Below, piece by piece: positions 9,423-19,747 of a DNA stretch of 64,000 bases. The DNA is taken from NCBI RefSeq assembly GCF_003334355.1, contig NZ_QOWP01000004.1; one strand, 5' to 3'. Below the pieces are notes generated by a model. It saw nothing but the letters and a program-made list of their open reading frames with translations. It was not told the origin of the DNA and ran no database searches. How positions within the stretch are numbered: the first letter of the stretch is position 1; each line of letters starts with the position of its first letter. The DNA is from Escherichia coli. GTDB taxonomy: Bacteria; Pseudomonadota; Gammaproteobacteria; Enterobacterales; Enterobacteriaceae. Both the position numbers and the translations under genes were made by a program.

Positions 9423-10388
9423 ATGTCAGACTATCAAATGTTTGAAGTACAGGTGAGCCAGGTGGAACCCCTTACCGAACAGGTGAAACGCTTCACGCTG
9501 GTCGCAACCGATGGCAAACCATTACCTGCGTTTACTGGAGGAAGTCACATCATAGTGCAGATGAGCGATGGTGATAACCAGTACAGCAATGCGTATTCAC
9601 TACTGAGTTCGCCTCTCGATACAACTCATTATCAGATTGCCGTTCGATTGGAAGAAAACTCGCGCGGTGGTTCGCGCTTTTTGCATCAGCAGGTGAAAGC
9701 AGGCGATCGGTTGACCATTTCGACGCCTAATAATCTGTTTGCGCTAATTCCCTCGGCCAGAAAGCATCTGTTTATCGCGGGCGGTATTGGTATCACCCCT
9801 TTCCTGTCGCACATGGCAGAGCTGCAACACAGCGACGTCGACTGGCAGCTACATTACTGCTCGCGAAATCCAGAAAGTTGCGCATTTCGTGATGAGCTAG
9901 TCCAGCATCCGCAGGCTGAGAAAGTCCATTTGCATCATTCATCAACCGGAACACGACTGGAATTAGCGCGATTATTGGCGGATATCGAACCTGGCACACA
10001 CGTTTATACCTGTGGCCCCGAGGCGCTAAATGAAGCGGTAAGAAGTGAAGCTGCGCGTCTGGACATCGCCGCCGATACGCTGCACTTTGAGCAATTTGCT
10101 ATCGAAGACAAAACCGGCGATGCATTTACCCTGGTGCTTGCCCGTTCCGGAAAAGAGTTTGTGGTGCCGGAAGAGATGACTATTTTGCAGGTTATTGAAA
10201 ATAATAAAGCCGCGAAAGTGGAATGTTTATGTCGTGAAGGGGTATGCGGAACCTGCGAAACGGCAATACTGGAAGGTGAAGCTGACCATCGGGATCAGTA
10301 TTTTAGCGATGAAGAGCGTGCCAGCCAGCAAAGTATGTTGATCTGTTGTTCGCGTGCGAAGGGTAAACGCCTGGTGTTGGATTTGTAG
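9423..10388 (+). CDS. yeaX: Carnitine monooxygenase, reductase subunit (CntB-like) YeaX
   Basis: 321 aa; C-terminal plant-type 2Fe-2S ferredoxin cysteine cluster (CREGVCGTCE) plus flavin/NAD-binding region. Confidence 0.92.
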   Translation: MSDYQMFEVQVSQVEPLTEQVKRFTLVATDGKPLPAFTGGSHIIVQMSDGDNQYSNAYSLLSSPLDTTHYQIAVRLEENSRGGSRFLHQQVKAGDRLTISTPNNLFALIPSARKHLFIAGGIGITPFLSHMAELQHSDVDWQLHYCSRNPESCAFRDELVQHPQAEKVHLHHSSTGTRLELARLLADIEPGTHVYTCGPEALNEAVRSEAARLDIAADTLHFEQFAIEDKTGDAFTLVLARSGKEFVVPEEMTILQVIENNKAAKVECLCREGVCGTCETAILEGEADHRDQYFSDEERASQQSMLICCSRAKGKRLVLDL

Positions 10389-10397
10389 TTTGCCAAA

Positions 10398-10430
10398 GCC
10401 GGATGTGGCGCTGAGCGCGCCCAGTCCGGC
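10398..10430. repeat. REP-like palindromic element between convergent yeaX and rnd
   Basis: gccggatgtggcg...cccagtccggc imperfect palindrome resembling REP/PU units. Confidence 0.45.
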
Positions 10431-10441
10431 TTCGGAAGATT

Positions 10442-11569
10442 TTACTGCGGATATTCCTGCAATAAATTGTGTAATGCTTCCGCCATCAGCTCACCACGCC
10501 AGCCGGAAATCAGCTCCGGCAAATTGTTCTGCGGTTTCAGTTTCCAGTGCCAGTTCAGCAGTTGGTTGATTTGCCGACGCGATGCCAGCAATTCGGCGCT
10601 GATCTTATGCGTTTCGCTCACGTCAGTAATCAGCGACTTAATCGCTTTAAACGCTTTACGATAACCAGGCATGTCCATCAGGTTAAGCATCGGCTGCGGT
10701 AAGGCCTCTTCCGGCAATGTCTGCGCTTTTTCCACCAGCGCCAGCAGCGTTTTACCGTGAAAGCGGATTTCGCTACCGGATAAACCCAGGCTGTCCAGTT
10801 CGCCTAAACTTCCCGGCATATAACGCGCTACCGACCACAAATGCTCTTCACGCACGACAAAGTTCACCGCCAGATCGCGCTCTCGCGCCTTGCACAGTCG
10901 CCAGTCGGCTAACAGTTGCAGACAGGCCAGTTGGCGTGTGCGTAACTGCCAGGCATTGGTGATATCACGCCAGGCATCTTCCGGCGCAACAACTTCCTGA
11001 CGACGCATTTGCATCAGGCGGCATTCATCCAGCGCCGCAGGTAGCCAGCCGGAGGCCTCCGTTTCTACCATAAGCTTGGCGGTGATCGGTAACAGATACC
11101 AGACATCAGCCGCTGCGTATTCACACTGACGTTCGGTCAGCGGTCTGGCCAGCCAGTCGGTGCGCGATTCACTCTTGTCCAGCGTAACGCCGGAATACTC
11201 TTCCACCATGGAAGCGAACCCCCATGACATCGGGCGTCCGCAGAAGGCAGCAAGGATTTGCGTGTCAATCAGGGGTTGTGGTAATTCGCCAAAGACATTG
11301 AGGAACACTTCCAGATCTTCACTGCCTGCATGGAGAAATTTTGTGATGGACGGATCGCGCAGGATCGCTTTCAGCGGTGACCAGTCGGTGATCCCGAGAG
11401 GATCAATTAGCGCCAGATGCTCACCATCAAAAAGTTGAATTAAACCCAGCTGCGGGTAATAAGTGCGCGTACGAACAAATTCAGTATCCAGGGCTATCGC
11501 CGGAAAGGCACGGACGGCTTCACACAAAGAAGCCAGCGCATCGTCCGTGGTAATCATTTGGTAATTCAA
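10442..11569 (-). CDS. rnd: Ribonuclease D
   Basis: 375-aa ORF; recognised as RNase D (3-5 exonuclease plus HRDC region). Confidence 0.95.
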   Translation of the reverse strand: MNYQMITTDDALASLCEAVRAFPAIALDTEFVRTRTYYPQLGLIQLFDGEHLALIDPLGITDWSPLKAILRDPSITKFLHAGSEDLEVFLNVFGELPQPLIDTQILAAFCGRPMSWGFASMVEEYSGVTLDKSESRTDWLARPLTERQCEYAAADVWYLLPITAKLMVETEASGWLPAALDECRLMQMRRQEVVAPEDAWRDITNAWQLRTRQLACLQLLADWRLCKARERDLAVNFVVREEHLWSVARYMPGSLGELDSLGLSGSEIRFHGKTLLALVEKAQTLPEEALPQPMLNLMDMPGYRKAFKAIKSLITDVSETHKISAELLASRRQINQLLNWHWKLKPQNNLPELISGWRGELMAEALHNLLQEYPQ

Positions 11570-11593
11570 ATTGTATTCTCTTTAGTGGGCGTC

Positions 11594-11620
11594 AAAAAAA
11601 ACGCCGGATTAACCGGCGTC
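11594..11620 (-). terminator. Rho-independent terminator after fadD
   Basis: On the minus strand: acgccgg-ttaat-ccggcgt hairpin followed by a T8 run. Confidence 0.7.
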
Positions 11621-11638
11621 TGACGACTGACTTAACGC

Positions 11639-13324
11639 TCAGGCTTTATTGTCCACTTTGCCGCGCGCTTCGTCACGTAATTCTCGTCGCAAAATTTTTC
11701 CGACGTTAGATTTCGGTAACTCATCACGAAACTCCACCAGCTTCGGTACTTTGTAGCCCGTGAGCTGACGGCGGCAAAAGGTCACCAGTGACTCTTCGGT
11801 AAGCGATGGATCTTTTTTCACTATGAAGATTTTCACCGCTTCACCACTGGAGCCGGAAGGTACGCCAACAGCCGCGACTTCCTGTACGCCAGGATGCTGC
11901 ATGACGACATCTTCAATCTCGTTGGGATAGACGTTAAAACCGGAAACCAGAATCATGTCTTTTTTACGATCGACAATGCGCAGGAACCCTTCTTCATCCA
12001 TCACCGCGATGTCGCCGGTGTGTAACCAGCCATTTTTGATGATTTCATCGGTAGCATCGGGACGCTGCCAGTAACCCAGCATCACCTGCGGTCCTTTGAC
12101 ACAAAGCTCACCCGGTTGACCTGGTGGTACTTCATTATCATCATCATCCACCAGTTTGGCTTCCGTCGACGGCACCGGCAAACCGATGCTACCACTATGA
12201 TAATCAATATCATATGGGTTAACGCTGACCAGCGGCGCACACTCGGTAAGGCCATAGCCTTCCAGCAGATACTGTCCGGTCAGTTTCACCCAACGCTCTG
12301 CCACCACTTGCTGCACTGGCATCCCACCGCCTGCGGAAAGATGCAGACTGGAGAAATCCAGCTGCTGGAACTCTTTATTGTTCAGCAACGCATTGAACAA
12401 GGTGTTAACGCCAGTGATAGCGGTAAACGGATATTTCGCTAACTCTTTTACCAACCCTGGAATATCACGCGGGTTAGTGATAAGCAGGTTCTGCCCACCC
12501 AGTTCGATAAACAGCAGGCAGTTAATGGTCAGGGCAAAAATGTGATACAGCGGCAGTGCCGTTACTACCAGTTCTTTACCTGGATGCAGCAACGGCCCAT
12601 AGGTGGCGTTGACCTGTTCCAGGTTCGCCAGCATATTGCGGTGAGTCAGCATCGCGCCTTTCGCCACACCTGTGGTGCCGCCGGTGTATTGCAGGAAGGC
12701 TAAATCTTCCGGCACCAGTTCGGGTTTGACGTACTGCATCCGGTAGCCGTTATGCAGTGCGCTACGAAATGAAATGGCATCTGGCAGATGGTATTTCGGC
12801 ACCAAACGCTTGATGTATTTAACAACGAAATTGACTACCGTGCCTTTTGCCGTAGATAGCTGATCGCCCATACGGGTCAGAATTACGTGCTGAACGGCGG
12901 TTTTATCAACCACTTTTTCCAGTGTGTGAGCAAAGTTAGACACGATAACAATCGCCGATGCGCCGCTATCGTTAAGCTGATGCTCAAGCTCACGCGGGGT
13001 ATACAACGGGTTAACGTTTACGACGATCATCCCGGCACGCAAAATGCCAAACAGCGCCACCGGATATTGCAATAAATTAGGCATCATCAACGCAACGCGA
13101 TCGCCTTTCTTCAGCCCCAACCCTTGTTGCAAATAAGCGGCAAACGCGCGACTGCGTTCTTCCAGCTTGCGGAAGGTCATCACCTCCCCCATATTCACAA
13201 ACGCAGGCTGATCGGCGTAGCGCGCGACCGACTGCTCAAACATATCTACCAGAGATTGATAACGGTCAGGGTTGATCTCCGTCGGAACGTCCGCGGGATA
13301 ACGGTTAAGCCAAACCTTCTTCAA
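11639..13324 (-). CDS. fadD: Long-chain fatty acid-CoA ligase FadD
   Basis: Acyl-CoA synthetase motifs; TTG start at 13322-13324 with GAGG SD gives a 561-aa product ([14 protein letters not shown]...). Confidence 0.93.
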   Translation of the reverse strand: MKKVWLNRYPADVPTEINPDRYQSLVDMFEQSVARYADQPAFVNMGEVMTFRKLEERSRAFAAYLQQGLGLKKGDRVALMMPNLLQYPVALFGILRAGMIVVNVNPLYTPRELEHQLNDSGASAIVIVSNFAHTLEKVVDKTAVQHVILTRMGDQLSTAKGTVVNFVVKYIKRLVPKYHLPDAISFRSALHNGYRMQYVKPELVPEDLAFLQYTGGTTGVAKGAMLTHRNMLANLEQVNATYGPLLHPGKELVVTALPLYHIFALTINCLLFIELGGQNLLITNPRDIPGLVKELAKYPFTAITGVNTLFNALLNNKEFQQLDFSSLHLSAGGGMPVQQVVAERWVKLTGQYLLEGYGLTECAPLVSVNPYDIDYHSGSIGLPVPSTEAKLVDDDDNEVPPGQPGELCVKGPQVMLGYWQRPDATDEIIKNGWLHTGDIAVMDEEGFLRIVDRKKDMILVSGFNVYPNEIEDVVMQHPGVQEVAAVGVPSGSSGEAVKIFIVKKDPSLTEESLVTFCRRQLTGYKVPKLVEFRDELPKSNVGKILRRELRDEARGKVDNKA

Positions 13325-13396
13325 TTCTTCACCTCTAAAATGCGTGTTCGTCGTCATCGCAACCCCAAATGATATACATGCTGTTAACATAATATT

Positions 13397-13413
13397 AACT
13401 CATCATACCAGCT
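13397..13413 (-). promoter_or_regulatory. FadR operator 1 of fadD
   Basis: Minus-strand sequence AGCTGGTATGATGAGTT, matching the FadR binding-site pattern. Confidence 0.6.
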
Positions 13414-13482
13414 TGATAATTACCCAACGAAAAGGTTGCGAAGCGCGTCACTATTTATTTTTATCTTTACCGTAAGAATGCA

Positions 13483-13499
13483 GAAACAGCGGACCAGCC
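13483..13499 (-). promoter_or_regulatory. FadR operator 2 of fadD
   Basis: Minus-strand sequence GGCTGGTCCGCTGTTTC, matching the FadR binding-site pattern. Confidence 0.6.
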
Positions 13500-13528
13500 G
13501 CTGTTTCTTTTTCTTTAAAAACAAGCAA

Positions 13529-14110
13529 TTATTCAGTTACAACTGTTTGTACTCTCGCGGGACCGGGATTATACCAGCCCCATCCGCCGTAGCCATAGGG
13601 CCAGCCACGACCGCCATAAAACCATGGATCAATCGGCTGAGGCGGCATAATCACCTGCTGGGTTAAATGCCAACGTTTGTAACCCGTTACTTGCATCACC
13701 ATAAATTTATAGGGCGTATTGCCGATTTTGCCGTCAACCGCACCAGTGATTGGCCCGACTACCGTAACCAGTTGTCCACGGAAATCCACCGGGTCCAGAA
13801 AACCGTTCACATCGGCATAAATGCGACCGCGAGAAGGTTCTCCCAGCGTCGGTCTGGCTCCGCTGTCCAGCGGTACGGTAGCAATTTCCAGGCGGGTTTT
13901 CCCTTGCTGGTTTTGTACCGCAACCACTTTGCCACCAAAGCGTGCCTCCTGACCAACGTACAGCTGCGGCGCACTCATCACCCGAACTAAATCTTGTTGC
14001 GGCGTGGGACTGCTGCCTTTAATGGCGTCCGGCACAGTGACACAACCGCTCAGCATTAGCGCAAACGTACCTGCCAGTATGCCTTTGATAACATTCTTTT
14101 GAACCGCCAT
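13529..14110 (-). CDS. yeaY: Slp-family outer-membrane lipoprotein YeaY
   Basis: 193 aa with signal peptide and lipobox (LMLSGC); recognised as YeaY. Confidence 0.9.
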
Positions 14111-14149
14111 GGTGCGACTCCTTTTTTTCTCAGGGCATACTCTTAAGAT

Positions 14150-14845
14150 TCATTCTTTGCCCGGAAGTTTCTTCCATGCGACGTTGTTACGTAAATAAAC
14201 CGGTTCGGCATGTTCCACCGCCACCGTTTTACCCTCGGCAAACATCTGACACGCAATCGGCAGCATATCTTCAGCAGCAGGCAGTAACACTTCGCCATCG
14301 CGCAAAACCAGCCCGCTCTCTTTACCGAGATCCGGCCAAGCTTGCCAGCCCGTCCCTACCGTCACCCATTCGCCGGAAAGCTGTTGCATTCGTTCATGGA
14401 CGATTTCGGGTTTGAGTACGGCTTCGGTTTCTTCACCGTGCCAGATACCGTTTTCATCACGCTGATATTCGGCCCAGTAAACTTCGCCCATTCGCGCGTC
14501 AATGGCTGCCAGCACGCGGGTTGCGCCGTTTTTGCGCCACGCCCCTTGCGCCATCGTCATTAGCGTGGAGACGCCAATCATCGGTAATTCCGCGCCAAGC
14601 GCCAGCCCTTGCGCGATGCCAATACCAATGCGCACGCCAGTAAAGCTACCGGGGCCGCGCCCGTAAGCCAGAGCGTTAATATCAGTCAGGGAAGTTCCGC
14701 TGGTGGTCAGGATATCCTGCACCATCGGTAAGATTCGTTGAGTATGTTCACGAGGGCAAAGCTCAAAATGAGCGTTGACAGTACCGTCGTTCCACAGGGC
14801 GACAGAGCAGGCCTCTGTCGCGGTATCGATAGCCAGAATTCGCAT
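14150..14845 (-). CDS. tsaB: tRNA threonylcarbamoyladenosine biosynthesis protein TsaB
   Basis: 231 aa; recognised as TsaB (YeaZ). Confidence 0.93.
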   Translation of the reverse strand: MRILAIDTATEACSVALWNDGTVNAHFELCPREHTQRILPMVQDILTTSGTSLTDINALAYGRGPGSFTGVRIGIGIAQGLALGAELPMIGVSTLMTMAQGAWRKNGATRVLAAIDARMGEVYWAEYQRDENGIWHGEETEAVLKPEIVHERMQQLSGEWVTVGTGWQAWPDLGKESGLVLRDGEVLLPAAEDMLPIACQMFAEGKTVAVEHAEPVYLRNNVAWKKLPGKE

Positions 14846-14902
14846 GGGTCTTCGTGCTTAGATCAATAAAAAGGCGCGCATCATACCATACTCCGTAACA
14901 AA

Positions 14903-16813
14903 TTACCTGGAGGATGGTATCGCAAGGAAACGAACCGCACGGGCAATGTCACGGGTGCGTGGCGCGGGCGGCAGACTGGCGAGAAACGTCGCGCCGTAAG
15001 GACGCATCACCAGCCGATTGTCACAAATCACCAGCACGCCACGATCGTCGGCGTCGCGAATCAGTCGCCCTACCCCCTGTTTGAGAGTAATGACGGCATC
15101 TGGTAGTTGCACTTCATCGAACGGGTCGCCACCGCGCAAACGACAATCTTCCATGCGCGCTTTTAACAGTGGATCATCCGGCGAGGTAAACGGCAATTTG
15201 TCGATAATTACCAATGACAATGTATCGCCACGCACGTCCACCCCTTCCCAGAAACTACTGGTTGCCACAAGAAGCGCATTACCGGCACTGACAAACTGCT
15301 GCAACAGTTGGCCTTTACTGGTTTCCCCCTGCAACAAAACGGGAAGCGTCATGGTAGCGCGGAACTGCTCGGCCAGATCGCGCATCATGGCGTGCGAGGT
15401 ACAAAGCATAAAACAACGACCGTTGTTAGCTTCGATGATCGGTCGCAGCATTGCCGCTAACTGGCGAGCAGAACCTGGCTGGTTGGTTTGCGGCAGATTG
15501 CGCGGCACACAGAGTAACGCCTGGCGGCTGTAATCAAACGGGCTTGGCAATAGCAACGACTCCGCCTGTTCTATCCCAAGCCGCGAGGTGAAATGATGCA
15601 GATCGTCGTTCACCGACAGCGTTGCTGAGGTGAAGATCCAGCTACCGGGCTTTTGCGCCATTAACTCTTTGAATTTATCCGCCACGCTGAGCGGCGTGAG
15701 AGCCAGAGTAAAATGGCGCGAAGTGCATTCGTACCAGTAGCTGTAGCCCGGCTGATTGATCTCTTTTAGCCGCTTCAGCCGTGTGCGATACAACGTGGCG
15801 CGCTCAAATGCCGCATCCAGCAAGGCGGAACGCCCCAGTGACAGTTTTGCCACGTCATAACAAAGTTCCAGGGTGTCATCGAGCAGTAAAAATGCCCGCT
15901 GAATTTGCGGATTAGCTAACAGCTCACGCAGGTTACCGCGATAACCTGGCTCACCGAGTTGCAGACGAAAATCCTGCGCACTCTGGGCAAGACGATCAGC
16001 GCACTTTTGTAACTGCTGGGTGTCTTTTAATTCGGTGCGGTAGGCGATGGTGATGTCTTTTGCCAGGTCGAGCAGTTGTCGACTGGAGAGTGACTGACCA
16101 AAATACTGGCTGGCAATGTCCGGTAGCTGGTGGGCTTCGTCGAAGATCATGACGTCCGCTTCCGGGATCAGTTCGCCAAATCCACTCTCTTTAACCACCA
16201 TATCCGCCAGAAAGAGATGATGGTTTACCACCACCACATCGGCGTCCATCGCTTTTTTACGTGCTTTGACCACAAAGCAATCTTTATACATCGGGCAGTC
16301 GCTGCCAAGACAGTTGTCGTTGGTGCTGGTGACCAGCGGCCACGCCTGTGAATCTTCCGCCACGCTGACGCAGGTGCTGATATCACCATCGACTGTTTGA
16401 TTAGACCAGGAGCGCAGCAGGATCACATCGCTTAAGATTTGTACCGGCAGATCGCCCCCCGCCAGCGCCTGCTGTTCGAGACGTTCGAGGCAGAGGTAGT
16501 TTGAGCGCCCTTTCAGCAGCGCCACGTTGCCCGTATATTTCAATGCCTTTGAGACTGTTGGCAAATCGCGGCTGTAGAGCTGATCCTGCAACGCTTTTGA
16601 GCCGGTCGAGATAATGACTTTCTTTTTCGCCCGCAGCGCAGGAGCCAGGTAAGCGTAGGTTTTGCCCGTACCGGTTCCTGCTTCCACCACCAGCGGCTGG
16701 CCTTTTTCTATCGCCTGGGTGACGGCTACCGCCATCTGTCGCTGTGGTTCTCGCGGCTTAAAGCCTGGTATCGCTTTCGCCAGCTGACCGTCTGGTGCAA
16801 AATCGTCCGTCAC
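14903..16813 (-). CDS. yoaA: DinG-family ATP-dependent helicase YoaA
   Basis: 636 aa; Walker A (AGTGTGKT), DEAH-like box, iron-sulfur cysteine cluster. Confidence 0.93.
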   Translation of the reverse strand: MTDDFAPDGQLAKAIPGFKPREPQRQMAVAVTQAIEKGQPLVVEAGTGTGKTYAYLAPALRAKKKVIISTGSKALQDQLYSRDLPTVSKALKYTGNVALLKGRSNYLCLERLEQQALAGGDLPVQILSDVILLRSWSNQTVDGDISTCVSVAEDSQAWPLVTSTNDNCLGSDCPMYKDCFVVKARKKAMDADVVVVNHHLFLADMVVKESGFGELIPEADVMIFDEAHQLPDIASQYFGQSLSSRQLLDLAKDITIAYRTELKDTQQLQKCADRLAQSAQDFRLQLGEPGYRGNLRELLANPQIQRAFLLLDDTLELCYDVAKLSLGRSALLDAAFERATLYRTRLKRLKEINQPGYSYWYECTSRHFTLALTPLSVADKFKELMAQKPGSWIFTSATLSVNDDLHHFTSRLGIEQAESLLLPSPFDYSRQALLCVPRNLPQTNQPGSARQLAAMLRPIIEANNGRCFMLCTSHAMMRDLAEQFRATMTLPVLLQGETSKGQLLQQFVSAGNALLVATSSFWEGVDVRGDTLSLVIIDKLPFTSPDDPLLKARMEDCRLRGGDPFDEVQLPDAVITLKQGVGRLIRDADDRGVLVICDNRLVMRPYGATFLASLPPAPRTRDIARAVRFLAIPSSR

Positions 16814-16944
16814 ACTACCCCCTGTTGATTTGAACAGGGATTATGTCAGGATGAGGGCGCTTTCGCCAGTTGAAGTGGTGACGGCGACCTCACATTGTGG
16901 CAGTCTTTGCAGCACGAAAATGGAAGTATAATGAGGACAAAATG

Positions 16945-17289
16945 ATGACTATCGTTCGTATCGATGCTGAAGCCCGCTGGTCTGATGTAGTAATCCACAA
17001 CAACACGCTCTACTACACTGGTGTACCGGAAAACCTCGACGCCGATGCCTTTGAGCAAACCGCCAACACGCTGGCACAGATTGACGCCGTGCTGGAAAAA
17101 CAGGGCAGCAATAAATCGAGCATTCTGGATGCCACCATTTTCCTGGCCGATAAAAACGACTTCGCGGCGATGAATAAAGCGTGGGATGCCTGGGTTGTGG
17201 CGGGTCATGCGCCGGTGCGCTGCACGGTGCAAGCGGGACTGATGAACCCGAAGTATAAAGTTGAAATTAAGATTGTGGCTGCGGTGTAA
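16945..17289 (+). CDS. yoaB: RidA/YjgF-family protein YoaB
   Basis: ATG 16945 with GAGGA SD gives 114 aa (MTIVRIDAEARW...). Confidence 0.88.
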   Translation: MTIVRIDAEARWSDVVIHNNTLYYTGVPENLDADAFEQTANTLAQIDAVLEKQGSNKSSILDATIFLADKNDFAAMNKAWDAWVVAGHAPVRCTVQAGLMNPKYKVEIKIVAAV

Positions 17290-17710
17290 GCTTTATCGAA
17301 GCAAAATAAGTCAGACGATAATTTATCGATAATACTGGTCGGTTTTACATAAATCGACCAGAGATTAAGATATTACTGTTGATGCTCCTGCTAATTCATT
17401 ATTTATTTTTATAATTTCAATTTTAGCTATAAAGCTAACTATATAAATAAACATAACCATGCCGTTGTGTTCGCCCTTCGATTAGCACCTCTGGTTTTCT
17501 TTCTTAGCTGAACAATCTGGTTATAGCGTGCGGACTGACCGTTAATTTTCTCCATCTTACTGGATAACACACCATGAGCTGCTACCTTTAAAACACCTGA
17601 ATGTCAACAGGTTAACTCGTGCCATATCGTTATAATCCCTTTGATATTAGATGCAAATTAAGGTCATATATAGCCTTATCGATAACATGGTTAATTTTAA
17701 GGATAAGAAT

Positions 17711-18010
17711 ATGCCTGCTGTAATAGATAAAGCCCTGGATTTCATTGGTGCCATGGATGTATCAGCGCCAACACCAAGTTCGATGAATGAAAGCACAGCG
17801 AAGGGAATCTTTAAATATTTAAAAGAACTGGGAGTACCCGCGAGTGCCGCTGATATTACGGCGCGAGCTGACCAGGAAGGCTGGAACCCTGGGTTCACGG
17901 AAAAAATGGTTGGATGGGCAAAAAAAATGGAGTCTGGTGAACGCACTGTAATTAAAAATCCTGAATACTTTTCAACATATATGCAGGAAGAACTAAAAGC
18001 ACTGGTCTGA
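17711..18010 (+). CDS. yoaC: DUF1889 protein YoaC
   Basis: ATG 17711 with AAGGA SD gives 99 aa (MPAVIDKALDF...). Confidence 0.85.
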   Translation: MPAVIDKALDFIGAMDVSAPTPSSMNESTAKGIFKYLKELGVPASAADITARADQEGWNPGFTEKMVGWAKKMESGERTVIKNPEYFSTYMQEELKALV

Positions 18011-18038
18011 GTTTAATTTATATCAGCATAAATGGGTC

Positions 18039-18076
18039 AGGACGCTTTTAATCACATATAAAAAGCGTCCTTTTTC
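18039..18076 (+). terminator. Rho-independent terminator after yoaC
   Basis: aggacgctttt / aaaagcgtcct hairpin followed by a T5 run. Confidence 0.65.
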
Positions 18077-18129
18077 TCACAATCAAATAATCATCGGATT
18101 CTATAACGAAATCGATACGGATTAGTGTG

Positions 18130-18309
18130 TTACTCGTCTTCATCCTCAAAACGCGCCACGATTCGCTCGCCGGAGTGGTTGGCACGCAGCTCTTCTGCCA
18201 CCAGCGCGATTGCCTGGCCGCTGCTCATCCCTTGTGCCATCAGTTCCTGGATCCGCTCGACAGCTTTTTGCTGCTGTTCATGGGTGAGTGAAGGTAAACC
18301 TGCAAACAT
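18130..18309 (-). CDS. yoaH: UPF0181 small protein YoaH (59 aa)
   Basis: Minus-strand translation [59 protein letters not shown]; the plus-strand ORF 18125..18325 in the track is its antisense shadow. Confidence 0.8.
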
Positions 18310-18382
18310 TGTTAACTCCTGCTAAATTGTTGGCGCTAATTATTTCATGCTACCCGGCACATAGCCAGTAGAGTCAGGACTG

Positions 18383-19744
18383 ATGAAGACGTTATCTCCC
18401 GCTGTGATTACTTTACCCTGGCGTCAGGACGCCGCTGAATTTTATTTCTCCCGCTTAAGCCACCTGCCGTGGGCGATGCTTTTACACTCCGGCTATGCCG
18501 ATCATCCGTATAGCCGCTTTGATATTGTGGTCGCCGATCCGATTTGCACTTTAACCACTTTCGGTAAAGAAACCGTTGTTAGTGAAAGCGAAAAACGCAC
18601 AACGACCACTGATGACCCGCTACAGGTGCTCCAGCAGGTGCTGGATCGCGCAGACATTCGCCCAACGCATAACGAAGATTTGCCATTTCAGGGCGGCGCA
18701 CTGGGGTTGTTTGGCTACGATCTGGGCCGCCGTTTTGAGTCACTGCCAGAAATTGCGGAACAAGATATCGTTCTGCCGGATATGGCAGTGGGTATCTACG
18801 ATTGGGCGCTCATTGTCGACCACCAGCGTCATACAGTTTCTTTGCTGAGTCATAATGATGTCAATGCCCGTCGGGCCTGGCTGGAAAGCCAGCAATTCTC
18901 GCCGCAGGAAGATTTCACGCTCACTTCCGACTGGCAATCCAATATGACCCGCGAGCAGTACGGCGAAAAATTTCGCCAGGTACAGGAATATCTGCACAGC
19001 GGTGATTGCTATCAGGTGAATCTCGCCCAGCGTTTTCATGCGACCTATTCTGGCGATGAATGGCAGGCATTCCTTCAGCTTAATCAGGCCAACCGCGCGC
19101 CATTTAGCGCTTTTTTACGTCTTGAACAGGGTGCAATTTTAAGCCTTTCGCCAGAGCGGTTTATTCTTTGTGATAATAGTGAAATCCAGACCCGCCCGAT
19201 TAAAGGCACGCTACCACGCCTGCCCGATCCTCAGGAAGATAGCAAACAAGCAGAAAAACTGGCGAACTCAGCGAAAGATCGTGCCGAAAATCTGATGATT
19301 GTCGATTTAATGCGTAATGATATCGGTCGTGTTGCCGTAGCCGGTTCGGTAAAAGTACCAGAGCTGTTCGTGGTGGAACCCTTCCCTGCCGTGCATCATC
19401 TGGTCAGCACTATAACGGCGCGACTACCAGAACAGTTACACGCCAGCGATCTGCTGCGCGCAGCTTTTCCTGGTGGCTCAATAACCGGGGCTCCGAAAGT
19501 ACGGGCTATGGAAATTATCGACGAACTGGAACCGCAGCGACGTAATGCCTGGTGCGGCAGCATTGGCTATTTGAGCTTTTGCGGCAACATGGATACCAGC
19601 ATTACTATCCGCACGCTGACTGCCATTAACGGACAAATATACTGCTCTGCGGGCGGTGGAATTGTCGCCGATAGCCAGGAAGAAGCGGAATATCAGGAAA
19701 CTTTTGATAAAGTTAATAAGATATTACGCCAACTGGAGAAGTAA
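18383..19744 (+). CDS. pabB: Aminodeoxychorismate synthase component I
   Basis: 453 aa; chorismate-binding enzyme family; recognised as PabB. Confidence 0.95.
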   Translation: MKTLSPAVITLPWRQDAAEFYFSRLSHLPWAMLLHSGYADHPYSRFDIVVADPICTLTTFGKETVVSESEKRTTTTDDPLQVLQQVLDRADIRPTHNEDLPFQGGALGLFGYDLGRRFESLPEIAEQDIVLPDMAVGIYDWALIVDHQRHTVSLLSHNDVNARRAWLESQQFSPQEDFTLTSDWQSNMTREQYGEKFRQVQEYLHSGDCYQVNLAQRFHATYSGDEWQAFLQLNQANRAPFSAFLRLEQGAILSLSPERFILCDNSEIQTRPIKGTLPRLPDPQEDSKQAEKLANSAKDRAENLMIVDLMRNDIGRVAVAGSVKVPELFVVEPFPAVHHLVSTITARLPEQLHASDLLRAAFPGGSITGAPKVRAMEIIDELEPQRRNAWCGSIGYLSFCGNMDTSITIRTLTAINGQIYCSAGGGIVADSQEEAEYQETFDKVNKILRQLEK

Positions 19745-19747
19745 GAC

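Noticed and set aside
13483-13507. Perfect 10-bp inverted repeat (gaaacagcgg / ccgctgtttc) followed by a T-run, resembling a plus-strand terminator
   Set aside because: No plus-strand gene ends upstream of it; the repeat coincides with the distal FadR operator pattern of fadD, which explains the palindrome better.
13436-13666. 76-codon plus-strand ORF in the fadD upstream region running into yeaY
   Set aside because: Covers the FadR operators and fadD promoter and then runs antisense into yeaY; no SD and no recognisable product.
18125-18325. 66-codon plus-strand ORF between yoaC and pabB
   Set aside because: The minus strand of the same interval encodes the recognisable YoaH protein ([27 protein letters not shown]...); the plus-strand frame is its antisense shadow.
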